From Bugula neritina (lineage: Eukaryota > Animalia > Bryozoa): a stretch of DNA of 64,000 bases. The position numbers and the translations under genes were made by a program. The stretch is from contig OZ037765.1 in NCBI GenBank assembly GCA_964035545.1, positions 25,233,504 to 25,297,503 on the forward strand. Direction: 5' to 3'. Numbering within the stretch: the first letter of the stretch is position 1; each line of letters begins with the position of its first letter. Shown piece after piece: positions 11,878 through 64,000 of this stretch. The notes beneath the pieces were generated by a model. It saw only the letters and a list, made by a program, of their open reading frames with translations, was not told the DNA's origin and searched no databases.

Positions 11878-14447
11878 ATGAAGGGTACAACACTGGACTA
11901 TAACATTCAACAACCTAGAACACCCAATGTTTATTATCAAATTTGGGACACCTACAGAACACACGAAATGCCAGAAATACCTTCTTATGCTTTTCTACAG
12001 GCAAGAAAACAGGTGAAAAATGGATATTATCCAATGGATTGGAACTTTCACCAAGCTAAGAAACTTATCACTGACATACAAAGGAAGGATAACTTTAGAA
12101 AAGCAAAGGCAGTCAGAGACAGGGCCGAGAGTGCTGTTGTGAGACAATACAGTCGAGACAGGTTTGAGCACGCTCTGAAATCTCGTAATACAGATTTGGA
12201 CTATTCTTTTCAAAAGGGAAATAGATTATTAGCAGTAAGAGAAAGACCTAAAACCACAGGACCGACTAGGCACGGCAGCCCTATATACAATAAGCGTACC
12301 GGACTTCTTAGCAGCTTGAGAGTTCGCACAGCTATCCAACAAGAGGTGCAGAAAGAAACAACTCCTAAAGGTGCAAAGAAAATGATAGAAGAAACTATTG
12401 AGAGCTACAACCAACAGTACCAACTCGTACCTAATCATTCAGATAGGCATCTCACTATAGATAATGCTAAATTCATTAGTTTAGAAGAAGCAAAATTTGA
12501 AAAACTAGCCACAAGCTCAAACGAAACTGACAAACTGAATAATGTTAAGAGTGTTGCTGCTGTTGCTGCAGAATATAGAATATTGAAATCATCTCTTCCA
12601 GTCAAGCCTAAAGAAGCAAATTCTCTTCCGATTTTGACAGTCAATGTGGAAGATCTTAGTGGTGCAGAGGTTGAAAAACAAACTGACAGGAAACAACAGA
12701 GCTCAAGTCTGCTGCAGGTTTGGGGCTCTAGCAGCAGACCAGTTTCAGCTCATTCGTCTGCTCCATCTGAAAGGTTAGTCGTCTTCGTGCGAATATTTTT
12801 TGAAACCTTTACTTTGCATAACACTCATGTGGGTTTATAGCCATCTCTGTGAGAACCTCTGATGTAAAGGTTTTTAGTGGGCTGAGGGTTTTTTCCCTGT
12901 TGTGGCAAAGGAGTAATTATGACTGAATGCCCTTCCTAACATCACCAATAGCTTTTACTAGAGGTGGCTCTGCTGACCTTTGCCAGTGAACTTTATATAA
13001 AACTTTATTTAACAACACATCCACTCAAATGGAAAGCATCAACTTGTTAATAGAATTATATAAATATGGTTATGAAACTTGAAATATTACTGAAGTTTCA
13101 ACTTTTTTAATCCATTGCATAATTAGGCATACATCCTAATATATTTGTATTAAATGAAAGGTTTTCTGTGTGCAAAATGGATAACAACCTATACACTCCG
13201 GTTATTTCATCTAGTAAATATTTTTTTGTATGAGTCTCAAATTCGGAATATAGGCGTATTTTTTCCTAGTTCTTTGATTTCTTTAGTATTGTATAACATT
13301 ATCAAATATCAATAGATGATTGTAGGTGTTTCATAGCACTGCAGTCAAGAGGTCTGACCCTGATAACACAGATTATAAGTATTCATCAAATATAGGGTTA
13401 CATATGTAATGCTAAACCTTATCAGATTAGCAGTAGTATTTTTGTTGTTAGGGAAAATTGTTTACGCTATAGACTTTAATTTAGACTTACATTGTATATA
13501 TTTAATCATCAGTCATCGACAAAGAATATGAGAAACAATTTAATTTGCTACCCTATTATAGTGTGTGGGCAATATAGTAGGCATTTAACCAAATGAATGG
13601 AACAGAATAATTGAGGGATTGCTGTAACATAACGCTGTATATTCGTTATTCAGTGTATATAGTCATAACATAGGCTGGCAACTTGAAACTTTTAGGAGAG
13701 ATTCAAAAAGTATGAATAGCAAAACAGCTAGGTAAAGGTGCACTGATGAAAGCTACAGGTTTATAACTTCTACATCAAGTAATTATACATTATAAGTATA
13801 CAAAAAGAAGTTAAATGAAAAACACAGTTTTTCAATTCAATCCATAGAAAAAAGTTAGCAAAAATTGACCCAAATACAACTCATGTAATAGAAAATATTT
13901 TACTGCTACTTGTCTTAATAGCCATAAGCTGCAAGTCAACAACAAATGAAACTGTCATATACAACCAAAAATTGAAAAAGCAGTGATCCGCATGGTAAAT
14001 TACAGTAATATAAGTACTCAACCTTTATATTGTTGGCATATTTTACTTGTATGTATGAAAAAGCGCAGCTTCAACACTATTTTTAGTTAGCTAATAAACA
14101 AATGCATGTTTAGGAGACATTTACATATTTGCAGATCTAATATAGTGCCTCGAGTGAAGACGTGGGTGGATGATGTGAGTGTGTCGAGTGACGGACGAGC
14201 TAGCATTGCTGGGTCAGCTACAGCAGCTGAGGAGCCAGAAGAACTTCAAACTGCTGAACAGCAGCCTGTCCTGCCAGAACCCAAGCCTGTAGAACTAGAG
14301 GCTAAAAAGGATGAAGAAAGGGAGGAGTGTCAGCCACCCGACCTCATCTGTCCTAGCTCAGAAGAGAGGTCTCGGTCTTATGCAGTCTTGCAATGGTTGC
14401 TGAAATGTGACTTTCACAAAGCAATAAGAACTACCCCGCTTATATAA
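11878..14447 (+). CDS. Uncharacterised protein, about 402 aa; exons 11878-12773 and 14135-14447
   Basis: Long ORF ending at GAA AG|gttagt (phase 2), joined to atttgcag|A TCT AAT (phase 2) of the 14106-14447 ORF. AATAAA at 14595 and 14667. No domain recognised. Confidence 0.78.
12921..12948 (-). repeat. Degenerate SINE core (V-SINE-like GGAAGGGCAT motif); similar copy at 36569-36594
   Basis: gactgaatgcccttcctaacatcaccaa versus gactgaatgccctaccaataaccaa; resembles the reverse complement of the V-domain TTGG.GTCAGGAAGGGCATCC. Confidence 0.35.
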
Positions 14448-14976
14448 AGTAGCGTAAATAACTACAAATATTGCATTCTATAGTAGAAATGAAGCATTTA
14501 TATATAATAGCTTTTGACCTTGAAACTTTTAAGATCACTCGGCATCAAAACGCTGCTGGGCAGCGCAGAAGTCTTATAAACAAAGATTAAGCATAATAAA
14601 TTATGTAGTCTTAGTTTTTAGTACTCTATAATTTTATTGTGTGCTGAAAATAATTATTATGCTTATAATAAAACAAAGTTACAGAGTATCATACTATAGC
14701 ACTTGTTGCTAATGGTAACTTGGCATCATCAACTTGTTACAAGTTGAACTCTATTCTACTGGCATATGGTGGAGTACTTTTTAAAATAGCTCATTATTAA
14801 TCTACAAGAATTTTTAATTGCGTATTAGGATAGTGGTTACTAAGTCTTGGCTAATTACAACTTTTGAGCTGCTAGACACAGAATTGGTAAATATTAGCCA
14901 CTAAAGACATGATACAAACCTGTAGTATCTGTACACTATAGCAAATAAGCAATTTGATCATATAGTTCACAGAAAC

Positions 14977-14982
14977 TTTATT
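14977..14982 (-). terminator. Candidate LAR polyadenylation signal (AATAAA on - strand; another at 14633-14638)
   Basis: tttatt on the + strand about 740 nt downstream of the LAR stop. Confidence 0.45.
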
Positions 14983-15720
14983 TGAATAACTCCATAAATA
15001 TAATATATAGAAATATGAATACACAATACCACTTAGTGTAGATGAAATGAATGTTTTGGATATCCAGTCTAAGAACTATACAACACAATTATGTGTAAAA
15101 CATTATTCCTGACAATAAAAAGTGATGCAAATGCAAAATACAGCTCAGTGTTTATGCTAAGCATGATAAAAATATTATTAAACAAAAAATAGTGTCGTTT
15201 ATAACTAATATATCTATAACCTGTACACGCTGATAGTATTTCAACCAATGAGAATTGCTGCGGTTTAAACACTGAAAACCAAGTCACAAAATTGGCACGA
15301 TACATTGAGTTACAAAATTGATTGGCAATTAATGACCAATTCCTAAATTAAGGACAAATTTTTGAATTGATCCATTATGATGTAAAAAGAAAAATATAGA
15401 TTGTTTTGTGTAAAACAACATTATAAACTTATAAAACATTGGTATTGTAAATGTTAATATTCTTAACTCACAACAGCAATTAATAAACTACTTATTTGCA
15501 AAATAAATAATATTAAAAAAAATTTTCGATGGTCAAAAATGCTCAAGAAACATAAAGCTAATTTGTTTAGGTAAGGAAAGATCAGAAAAAATACTTCATG
15601 GTGCAAAATGCCATTTTTTAAAGAATTACAATGGAATTGTTAAAACCAGCTTCATAACTTGTATAGCCCCATAGTAAACATGTAAATACACTTTCATAAA
15701 CATAATCTTTGTAGGTGGCG

Positions 15721-53941
<38,221 letters not shown>

Positions 53942-56710
53942 TTTCCTGGAAGGGGAAGAAAATTAAACTTGTAAACATTGCCTTCTAATTACAAATTAAA
54001 CACTTGTATTGCTTAAAAAATATAACGGATTCCATAATGTTATTTCTCAGCTTTCTTAAGACTAAACTTGTTAAATGACTATGAGTGTTACATGAAGATA
54101 CTATAATACCCTAGGTTAAAAGGTAGAGTTGTCTATAAGTTAAAAAAGAGAGTTACATAATAGCGGCAGTATTTATTTTTACAACATAATATATTGTTTA
54201 GCATTGCCGCCACTTGTACGCACTGTGTCAGTTTTTAGATGCAGACAATTAAATTTCCTGAAAGTTAATGTTTGCTTTCAGTTATTTCATAATCTTACAT
54301 CCTTACTATGCATCAGTCTAGCTGCGGTGAAATATATCAATCTCAAGTACAACTCGCTTACAATTAAGCCAATTTGTTTAAACAGTTTTAAGCTTGTTGG
54401 GTAATTCTCTAGAAACAAATTTTTATTGAAATATAATCAAGTTACATATATGATTATTGTTGAGGGATTTAAAGAACTTATGTTATTTATTAAACAATTT
54501 AAGCAAACAACATTGTAATGTACCGCCACGGCAATTGATAATCAATATACTGTTTTGACTTAATATATGCGCAATATACAAGCTAAGTCAAATAAGCCAT
54601 ACAACCTTTACACTATATCAAAGAAAATTGGTAGAATTTGAAGGATGCAATCTTCTAAGATAATATTTTAAATTCTTACGGGCTATTAATGAAAATTCAC
54701 CGCCAAAGTGTTACTGTATGTTATAATCATTGAATGTTATAGGAAAGTTCAAGTGCACAATATTTGCTTTTAAAGGATCAAAGTTGCTGTCATGCTGATA
54801 TGGACTTTGAGATCACGAGAAGTTAGCTTATTAATAAATTACTGGGTGCTGAAAATGCAGCTTACAGTACATGCTTAGCTAGCCCTGGTAATTGATTGTG
54901 CAGTACGTAACTTTTGCAGCAAAATCCAGACAGGATACTTTGAGCTCTAGTAACAGCTCAAATCAATAATCTAAGTTCAGTGCTAAAAGTGCCAGTTTCG
55001 GAAATGAGCTAGTTCTACGAAAATTATATTTTTCAACTCTCTAGTTGCCTTCAGTTGTAAATGATTGCCTGTTGAGAATAGTTTTTTATTGAATGACATT
55101 TCTAATTATAAACTCTTTACATTAAGCTGGCATTTATCCAAAAACAAGAGCAACTTTTTAAGCCTTTAAATTGATTTTTTCCATCATTAGAATTATATTA
55201 CCAAATGCTGGTGTCTTGTTCATTCACCTTTTGATAATTTGGAATTAATTTCAACTGGATAGCAAAAATCCTTTGCTAACAATCAGTGCATGGAATTAAT
55301 CCACTAGAACTATTGTCTCTTTTAACAAGATTTAAATTATTATTATTTCCCTTAAGTGATATTGATTCATGAGCTGGTTCACTGCTAGGTATATTCTGAA
55401 TCGGTGATTTTATTAATTAAAACCTACTAATGAGAATTATGAAATTAAAGTCATAGCAATTAACTGAATTTCCCAAAAGTTTAATGTATATATTTTTAAT
55501 AAATTCAAGTAGTTTCTATCACTTTACTTGATAAAATTGAAAAATAACAATTAAGGAAAATAATTAAATTTGTCATATTTTGTAAACTGGCTAGTTTATT
55601 TATATATTCTGACGCATGTTGCAGTTTTACTAAAATTATTTGTTTGTTAGAGATGATGTCGCTCATCACTGCTAAGGTAGTAATTGGTCCCTGAAGAAAT
55701 TGGGTAGAACTTAATTTTATAGCATTTGGATAAAAATACTGCTTGTTTGAAATATAGCTGGCATCACTGGTTATATCAATGTGATCATTACAATAATAAT
55801 AAAAGTATCATATTATTCATAAGCTGGCAATGTTACTAGGCTAGGTATAAAATAATACCATGCGTGTGTACAGTAGATATGAAATAGCATATTCTGCAGT
55901 GGGTCTGTTATATAAAGCGTTGAATGGACTCAAATGAAGAGAATAATTGTTATAAGTCTTTTGAGACCTTCCCAGCACATAAAGCTAATGGTTCAAGTTA
56001 GATCAAGTGCTAACAGACTGACATCTTATTATATACAAAATATGTGATTTAATTACAACAGATTCGCTGCTACAGTCCATATCATTGCAGTTTAACATCA
56101 AGCAAGCAAAAGCTAAAAGAATTGATGATAATGAATGACCAATCTGGACAAAATAAATGCTTTTTGTTATTTAATATACATGCAAGTCTAAGGCTTAATA
56201 TTTTAAAAACTTGCAGAACAATGATTAGTATTTAGTACACAAGAGTTTTGGAGGTTATAGGTGGTGGTGCATTCTTAAATTTTAGTTCAACTTGGAAAGC
56301 TGGTGGTAATAATTAAGAGAATGGAATTATTTAATAAACGTTTAATAAATAAATATAGCTTGTTGGATAATAATGTTTTAACTCCATTGAAATATTATAT
56401 GTTTGAGTTTGATGCTCACAGCCCATGGTGTTTTTTTCAAGTAAAACATTTATTACATTTTAGAAACTTCAAAGTTCTAAAGTTTTGGCAGAATAAAATA
56501 ATTGTTGACCGTTTCCTACCTTCAACATTTATGATGTTTTTACAGTTGAAGGGTCAACAATAGTACAGGAAATTTTCACAAAATTTGCTATTTTGATTTA
56601 CACACAAAAACAACTTAGAAAATACTAGACTGCTGGAGGAAGGAGATAAAAATATTTGTACACTTTAAAGCTTTTTTACAGAAAAAGTAGTAAAAAATCA
56701 TCACACTTAC

Positions 56711-56807
56711 CATTTTGAAGAACATTTGGAGAGTTTTGAGCAAAAGTTAAGCATGACACCAAGGCCATCAGACCACCAACTCTGGTGGCTAACATAACAT
56801 TCTTCAT
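56711..56807 (-). CDS. Lar: Alternative LAR signal-peptide exon A
   Basis: MKNVMLATRVGGLMALVSCLTFAQNSPNVLQN followed by G|gtaagt (phase 1, perfect donor) joins Ig1 in frame (..QN-D-APKITIAP). Plausible TFA-QN cleavage site. Confidence 0.7.
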
Positions 56808-59800
56808 CTTTTAATTTTCTTTCTATTTCTTCTTTTAAAATGATACTCTTACCTATAAATTGACGAGTTGCACATCACATAAAATCATACAATATAACCC
56901 TGAAATGATAAATGGCTATATTAGTATCTAACTAAGGTGGGAGATATCCAGTCTCTCTTCCTCAGGGCAGGGCGCTGTCTTCTATACTCCTTCCTCTCCA
57001 GAAATAACCGGTGGCGCTGTCGTTATGAATCAACTGCATCTGGTAATTGCTGAGTTAGTAATAAGACTCTTTTAATAATGTATGACATTGCTCTTGAAGG
57101 GATCAATAGAACAATTTCTTATAGGCCATAACACAACGCCTGATGGTTGGATCATTTTGTTTTCTCTTTGTAGCAAAAGATGAAGCAAAATCAATAAAGT
57201 AAAAGACAATGCTGGTGTATAAGATCAGGTTTCTTAAGAGTTAATAGGAGGTGAACTGACAGCAAGCATATTGCTTACAAGTTCCTGTTTACCATTATTC
57301 ATCTACAGCTTTGATGTATTTATGATATCTAAAGATAAAGATTTCTCTACTTAAGAAAATAATTAATATTAATGACTTGAATGTATTTATTTTTAAATTA
57401 AAACAAATAGTTAAAGTTTTGTCTTTGTTTTTAATTAAATTATTGTTAAAACTCAACTGAATAAGTTTTTTAAACGTGCAGTTTTTAATTTATTTTTTTT
57501 AGTTTTACTTTATTATGCTTGTCATAAGCTAGCAAAACAGCTCCTACAATTCCTAAAAGTGTTGACTAAAACCATATGCTGTAGCAAAACATGCTGTGAT
57601 TCTTTGTGTCACTAATGGATTTAGTGTAGAGTAAGAAAAAATAACAAGATTTGATTTCATTTTTTAGCAAACTACTTATTCTTTTTGTTCATTTCAGTTC
57701 TATTTGGTGACCCATTGCCAAAAGTAAATGAATAGTTTACAGAGCAAGTTTGGTTCATTGTTTTTAGCCATTTAGGATGTTTATACAAAAGAAGAAAACG
57801 TCAGCTATTATGGCTTTGCATTGAGTACATGCTTTATATTGAACCAATTACTCACTATTGTTTAATTTGGTAACTTGTTTTCTTATAAAACGTAGAAATC
57901 AATCAAGAAAGCCCATGCATGAAAATTCAAACTTGGATCAATAGGTGTCAGGGTACAGGTAATATAGTGCCAAGCCTCATGGTGATTGGATATAACATTG
58001 TTACATAGTTACATCATCAAATATGGTCACAACAACTTGATACACACCTACATGGGAATATACATTGTGTGCCTTTTTGTGTATCTTACATTACGCAATC
58101 AAATGAATCAACTCACAGCATTATAAAGTGTACACAGTTGAGATAAGAAAGAATGGTTACAATAATAATATATTGAATTATTTGTCAACTAATATGGGAA
58201 ATTACATTTTTCGGAATTCTAACTAGTAGGTCAATACAATATTATCGAGTTCTTAGAAAAATATTGTGTGAACAACTGGTTCTGCTAACATCAACAAACA
58301 GACAGATAATTAATAGATGAAGGCTACAAGTTCTATTAGAAGTAGCAACAAACTTATAGCATATTTTAAATTTTGCTTGTAAAACCATAAATATTCCTTT
58401 AAAATTTGCAATTTTTGTTGCTGGAAAAAAGTTTTTGCTCAAGTGTGGCACTCCAGGCCCTTTACTTGGAGCACATTGACAAGTTGAGGTGACCGAGGCT
58501 CAAGTGGCTACTCTATTACTTTGATCAATAAACGTGCAGTTAACTAGCACCTAGCAGCCACTTGTTCAGTCTTTATGTTCAACACAAATATGTGCCAACA
58601 GTTCTTCTAACTGCCAATACCATACGTGTCTAAGTGCCCAACAGCCAACTAAAGAGCTGAATCATTTCCATGCAATCAAATTATTTTCTGGCTCAATTCA
58701 ATTACGATCATTAGTCAAATATGAAAAGTATAATCTAGTATGGTGGAACTTATTTATATGTCTACAGTTCGATGTTGTGTTGTGAATGGATCTTCCCCTT
58801 TAGCAATATGGAGTTGCGTCATCACTAGAACTACCACTGCCAAAAAGGACGAAGTATAATAAAAGCTATAAGTACTGACGCTTGGCGAAAACATCTCTAA
58901 GAGCCGTTACTGTAACTTCAGTCTTATTTGCAAAATTGAACTATTTTTGTTTTAAAAACTTGAGGCAGCATTGTGATAAAATAGAGACCATGTATGCTAG
59001 AAATACGAGTAAAACTCCTTCAAAGCTGTCAATTTTTAAAGATATCATTTTTATCTGTTAGAACAACAAATTATGAAAACCAGCACAATTTCTGTTAATG
59101 GAAGAAATTGTTATTCATGAAATTTTACTAACAGCTGCTGTTTGCTCGCATCAAAATAAACATAAAATATTAGGTCTTCTTGAAAATTATCTTTTTTTAA
59201 AATCGCACCTAGTCTCATTTTTTTCATTTACTTGTAGGTACTAAAACTTCTGCATATAAAACCTATTGACTCTTATTTAGAACTGAAAAAAGGTCAATTG
59301 ATACTATTTTGCTTGACATGTTCCTTTAGTGTTATAGTTGTCTTCTCTACATTTGTGACGGTAACATTCTAGGTTGAGTATTGTATCTTGGTAACACTAG
59401 TAACGGGCTGCTATTTCAACTTGCTTTTTAAGACTTTAGTTCTAGTATGGTGGGCATTCTGTTTCCTGGTTGCAAAGTCAAACAAGCAGTTGTTTACAGA
59501 GTAAAGGAAAATGTAATACAGAATAACTGAAAGAGACTACTGCACCTAACATCATGCTAAGACTACAGGTTAACACTGTAGTTCTGTAGTTCCAATGCTC
59601 GTGAAAGTAAAGATTTCTAACTATTCCATTTGCTCAAAGTTTTAATGTGTAATATTTTATAGTCTAAGAAAGTAAAAACCTCCCAATTAAGCAAAATCTT
59701 TGCATCTAATGGAACTGAACAACTATACCACTGTACGGATAGTTCTATTATATTATATGCTTATTCAAATGCTGTATTTATTGGCAGCTAGCAGCTATAT

Positions 59801-62800
59801 GGCTACATATGACTTTAGATTCCACAACTTTTGTACCCGCATGCAGGAAAATCTCAGCTTCTGCTGTAAACAACCCTGGTACCTTTACAAAGTGTTGCTA
59901 TCAACTCATTCCTAGTAAAAGTATTGTATTCTTATTTCTAGTATTAGACAGTTGTAACAATACAAAGTACTTTACTAAAATGTAGGTCAGCTAGAATGCT
60001 AGCAAAGTTTTATTGTCAGTAGATAAAACCTATAACTGATAATCTTTATTTCACATTCAAGTCAATGGCTCTGTATGAGCAATAAATTGGTTTGCAGGTT
60101 AAAATGCGGAAGATAATCAAATCATAGGTGGAGTTATTTTGACTTACTTTTTTAAAAATGGCACTTTTTTTAGAGCACCCTTCGTTTTTGTGGAGATTCA
60201 AAATCAATATTATTTTGTGTCTGTTTAATAAGATAAAGCCTCATAATGAAATTCCTATTATGAAATGATACATCAAGGGGGATATGGGAGAAGCTAGTTC
60301 GGTATAGATGCCACAGCGCTGTTGGCCATTGAAATTGAGCTTCAATGAACAGCTGAAACATGTTGAAACAATATCTTCCCAAACTCTTGTTCTAAACTAA
60401 TGAATGGAAAAACTTGAGGCGGACAAAAATAGCATATTATTGCTCATAAATGAAAAGAAAGATGTATTGTTTGTTTACCAAGTAGTAATTCGGTCAAACG
60501 TTACAAATGTTACTTATAAAATGCCAAGATTTTAAGTTGAACAACAAATAATTGAACTTACATTTGATAGTTTTAGTATGTGTTTATAGAATCCAGAATA
60601 GGTGAGTAGATGTAGGTCTTTGTCTTTGTGAGTGGACGTCATAAAACTGTAGTATAGTTGATATCGTGAGAGTTACTAGCTAGATATACTTCATCTTCGT
60701 CTCTATGTAGTGCAATGTTAGATTAAACCTTATCTTTCTCGCTCTTTATTCTCTACAAACAAAATGTCTTATCTTTGAACTAGCGGAGTAAAGCCTGAGT
60801 GAACAATTTTTATTAACTGTATTAACTGTATTATGCTCGTGTTTGCTTTGTCATTGCTCTGAGAATTAGACTAATTCAATGGGCTCTTAACTTTTAATTA
60901 TCACAATGCATAGTGTCCTATAACATGTTTTTATTACATTTATCCACAATAAATCTAAAAAGATTTAAAAGCTGTAAGCCATTCACATAGAAACCTTTAT
61001 ACACTAGCTTAGTGTTGAACAGAAAATACACCTAGACCAAACAAAGCAGCAAGTTCACAGCATGGGCAATTACAATAAGTGGGGTAACGGCAAGTGTATT
61101 GTTACAGTCCTAACAAACTGCAGTTCAAAACTTAATTTTGGTTCTGATTTGTCTTTGAATAATAAAAGCCCAAGCTAACTAACTAATTGCTGCAAAAGAA
61201 AATAACTGTTTGCAAGAGATCAAGCATGAAATTTGCATGAGAATATTGTATGAAAGTAACATATTCTTCATGTATTTGTTTATCTTACTACGTAGTTACA
61301 ATGCCTATATTAATTTTTTCTAGCATAAACGTTTAAGTTTTCTAACATTAAAATAACAATTATGTGCTGAATTAAAAGCTAAAAATTAGAATAAAACCAA
61401 AATAATAATCTTCGGAATAACCCTTTATGTATATGATTGAGTAATAAGTTAAGAAAAGATAACTCCAATATAATGAAGTCACACCATGAACTACTTATCC
61501 AACACCAACAGATTTGTTTTAGTTATCATATCTTTTCCTCAATCAAAGGTCGTGCAGGGTAAACTATATGACGAAAAACAAATATCGAACCTTTTGATTC
61601 TCAAGTATACAAATTAAAATCTTAAACATGACTTTGCCCACAGCAACAAACATCATAGCTTATGAGTCATGACTTTCTAGGGGCGGCCTATATAGCATAT
61701 TGGCTCAAAGGTTGCATAAGCTTTTAGTGATTGTTTATTCTTCCAAAACTTCCACAACTGTACTGCTATGTATAAATAATAGTTATTTTCATAGATTATT
61801 GTAGCAAATTGAATAGCTGAAATTAATGTTGTGAAAAAATGCTATGAAACTTTATGAAAAATGGCCTACGCTGGAGGAAACTTTCTTATATTAAGCAAAT
61901 GTACCCCATGCATAGAAAATAATGTGTATAATTGTGAGTTCACAAAACAATCAAATGCTACACTTGGCAAATATCCAGTTTTGAGTATTATATTTAGATT
62001 ATAAGGGTATGTGCAATATTTATATAAATTATTCACACAACACCTGTAGAGTGTTTGCATTGAATCAAGCCTAGCTTTGGTAAATAAAATAATAATATAT
62101 ATGTATATATCCCAGGTTGATCTCAGATTTTGAGTTGCATGCATTTATTGAAACAGTTTTTAAAGTCCCATGGTTTGGTGAACCAACATGATAATATCAC
62201 ACCATATAAAGCTTATACTCTTTCGAGTTAATCTGTCAAACTAGAACCTCGTTTAGCTATGAGCTAGATTAGGTTTACTGGCAGCCCACAATAACTCTTA
62301 CCTGGCTGATGACTCATTTCAGCTAAGATTATAGAAAAATAAACAAACTCCCACACTGAGTACAAGGGAGCACAATTTCCTATTATTTTGCAAATATATT
62401 GGAAGCTGGTACTTTGAAATAAAAAATTTAACAGATTTATTATTTAAGCTTTAGCATGCTTATTTTAATAAGTTATACTGGTATATCATTGATAAAGACT
62501 AATTACAAAACAGGGATCACTTATAATATGGCTTATATAGGTTTTGAAACTGGAAATAATAACAGTCATTCTTAACACATCATTTCAATACATAAAAATT
62601 TCATGCAATCATGTTAAAACTGCTTCCTAAATACTAATTATATAGATTTATGTATGTCAGCCATCAACTAGGCATTTAATACATGTTGTATTGTATTCTT
62701 AGTTAAGACTGGGTGTTGCATTGTGAAAATATCCTCATAAAAAATATGTCTGAAAAATATGAATATATATAGTAAAATAATGAGAATACTACTTCTATAT

Positions 62801-62833
62801 AAATACAAATTTATACCCATATGTTGTTTAGGT

Positions 62834-63165
62834 CAAGGGTGTCCAACCTTTTCAGAGTAAGGGCCACTGGAAAGGAATATTTCGGTGGTGAGGGACACAT
62901 TGTAAACTTTAGCTTGCACGGTATCAGTATTTTTCAAATTATTTTATTCCAAATTCCTACGAATCCTTACATAATAAAGTCCCAATATCTAATGCAGGCT
63001 ACATGTTTTGTAGCATAATATGTATAAATAAGATATTTAAAAGGTGGTTTTTCACTTTAATTCATCATTAATTCATGTATACTACAAAAAATATTTTCAG
63101 TTTTATGCCTTTGAGGACCACATAAATGTAGGCTGGGGAGGGGGCATATTCTGCCGTGCTTTAGG
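62834..63165. mobile_element. hAT-like MITE remnant
   Basis: Left end caagggtgtccaaccttttc...aagggccac with internal gagggacacat/gaggaccacat, typical of hAT non-autonomous elements. The right end is degenerate. Confidence 0.45.
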
Positions 63166-64000
63166 TGATATTATGTAATAGACTATGAAAGCAGGCAACT
63201 CCTAAAACAAAAGGGCTACTTTGTTGTGACGTCATGTGATATTAAGATTGAAAGTAATAGACAAGAAATCTAAATAGACTTACATTTATTTTTCATCTGC
63301 TAAAGGATGAAAATTAGCAAATTTAGAAAAGTTTTCACTTCTACATTACTATAATTGCTGAGTAACTACGAGTGTATAACATTTGCTGAATCACTGACTA
63401 TATGATATAATTAATTTAATCAGTTTTAGCAAGACATTTTGTACAGATTGTTCATAAAACCTTGCTAAAATTTAATCTCTTAATTAACTAATTTGTCACT
63501 TTGAAAATTTTAAATTTTTTTGTTAACTATTTGTAATATCAACTCAAAAGTATACAAAATTCTGTACCCAATTCACATATAGTCGTAATATCTGCTGCAT
63601 CTACAATCTATACTAACAACCTAAGTCAGAACTATATTAATATATGCAATTATAGCACCTACTGTAAAGACAAAACTGGTCCAATTATTAAACTCTGTAC
63701 TTTCCCTGAAAGCGACTAGCATGGCAGTGAATCATAACTTACCTGTTACTAGCTACAGGTGAAGGCTTTTAATTAACAAAAATATACAGTTGCCACTTTA
63801 GCATTCCGCTAAGGGACTAGCCTGCTGTGAATTGTAACAGCTGAATGGTAACCTGCTTTAATAGCAACCTAATTTCACTATTGTTTGCACAGCATCTAAT
63901 CACAACCAACTAAACAATGGCTGGGCCCAAAACAATGCTACTGAATTAATACAAGTTTAATAAAGTGATGGTGAAAATTTGATTTGGCACTATACAGAGT

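Noticed and set aside
57100-64000. Short ORFs of 65-92 aa upstream of LAR
   Set aside because: F/L/I/K-rich translations typical of AT-rich non-coding DNA, with no motifs or exon chains; probably LAR upstream or 5' intronic sequence.

Overview
AT-rich, intron-containing genomic DNA from an invertebrate animal; the species cannot be determined from the sequence. The + strand carries the last two coding exons of an adenylyl cyclase-associated protein (CAP/Srv2) gene, an unidentified 338-aa ORF (3395-4411), an ANKRD34/63-like ankyrin-repeat gene (8776-10234) and an uncharacterised two-exon gene (11878-14447). The - strand carries an essentially complete LAR-type (type IIa) receptor tyrosine phosphatase gene (15721 to 53941 or 56807). 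I rebuilt it by hand as 32 phase-consistent GT-AG exons encoding about 2035 aa: signal peptide, 3 Ig, 9 FN3, RGKR furin site, TM, active D1 and D2 pseudophosphatase. The most interesting signal lies in the LAR ectodomain introns, which hold a set of frame-preserving candidate cassettes. These are a 1326-nt Thr-rich mucin exon between FN5 and FN6, a 39-nt exon adding an RTRR furin site, microexons of 3-39 nt (some at the vertebrate meA/meB/meC positions), two mutually incompatible signal-peptide exons and a possible internal signal peptide before FN2. Several MITEs (one nested in another), a 2.56-kb TIR element, tRNA-like Pol III boxes and simple repeats are also present. All splice predictions come from sequence inspection only and need transcript evidence.
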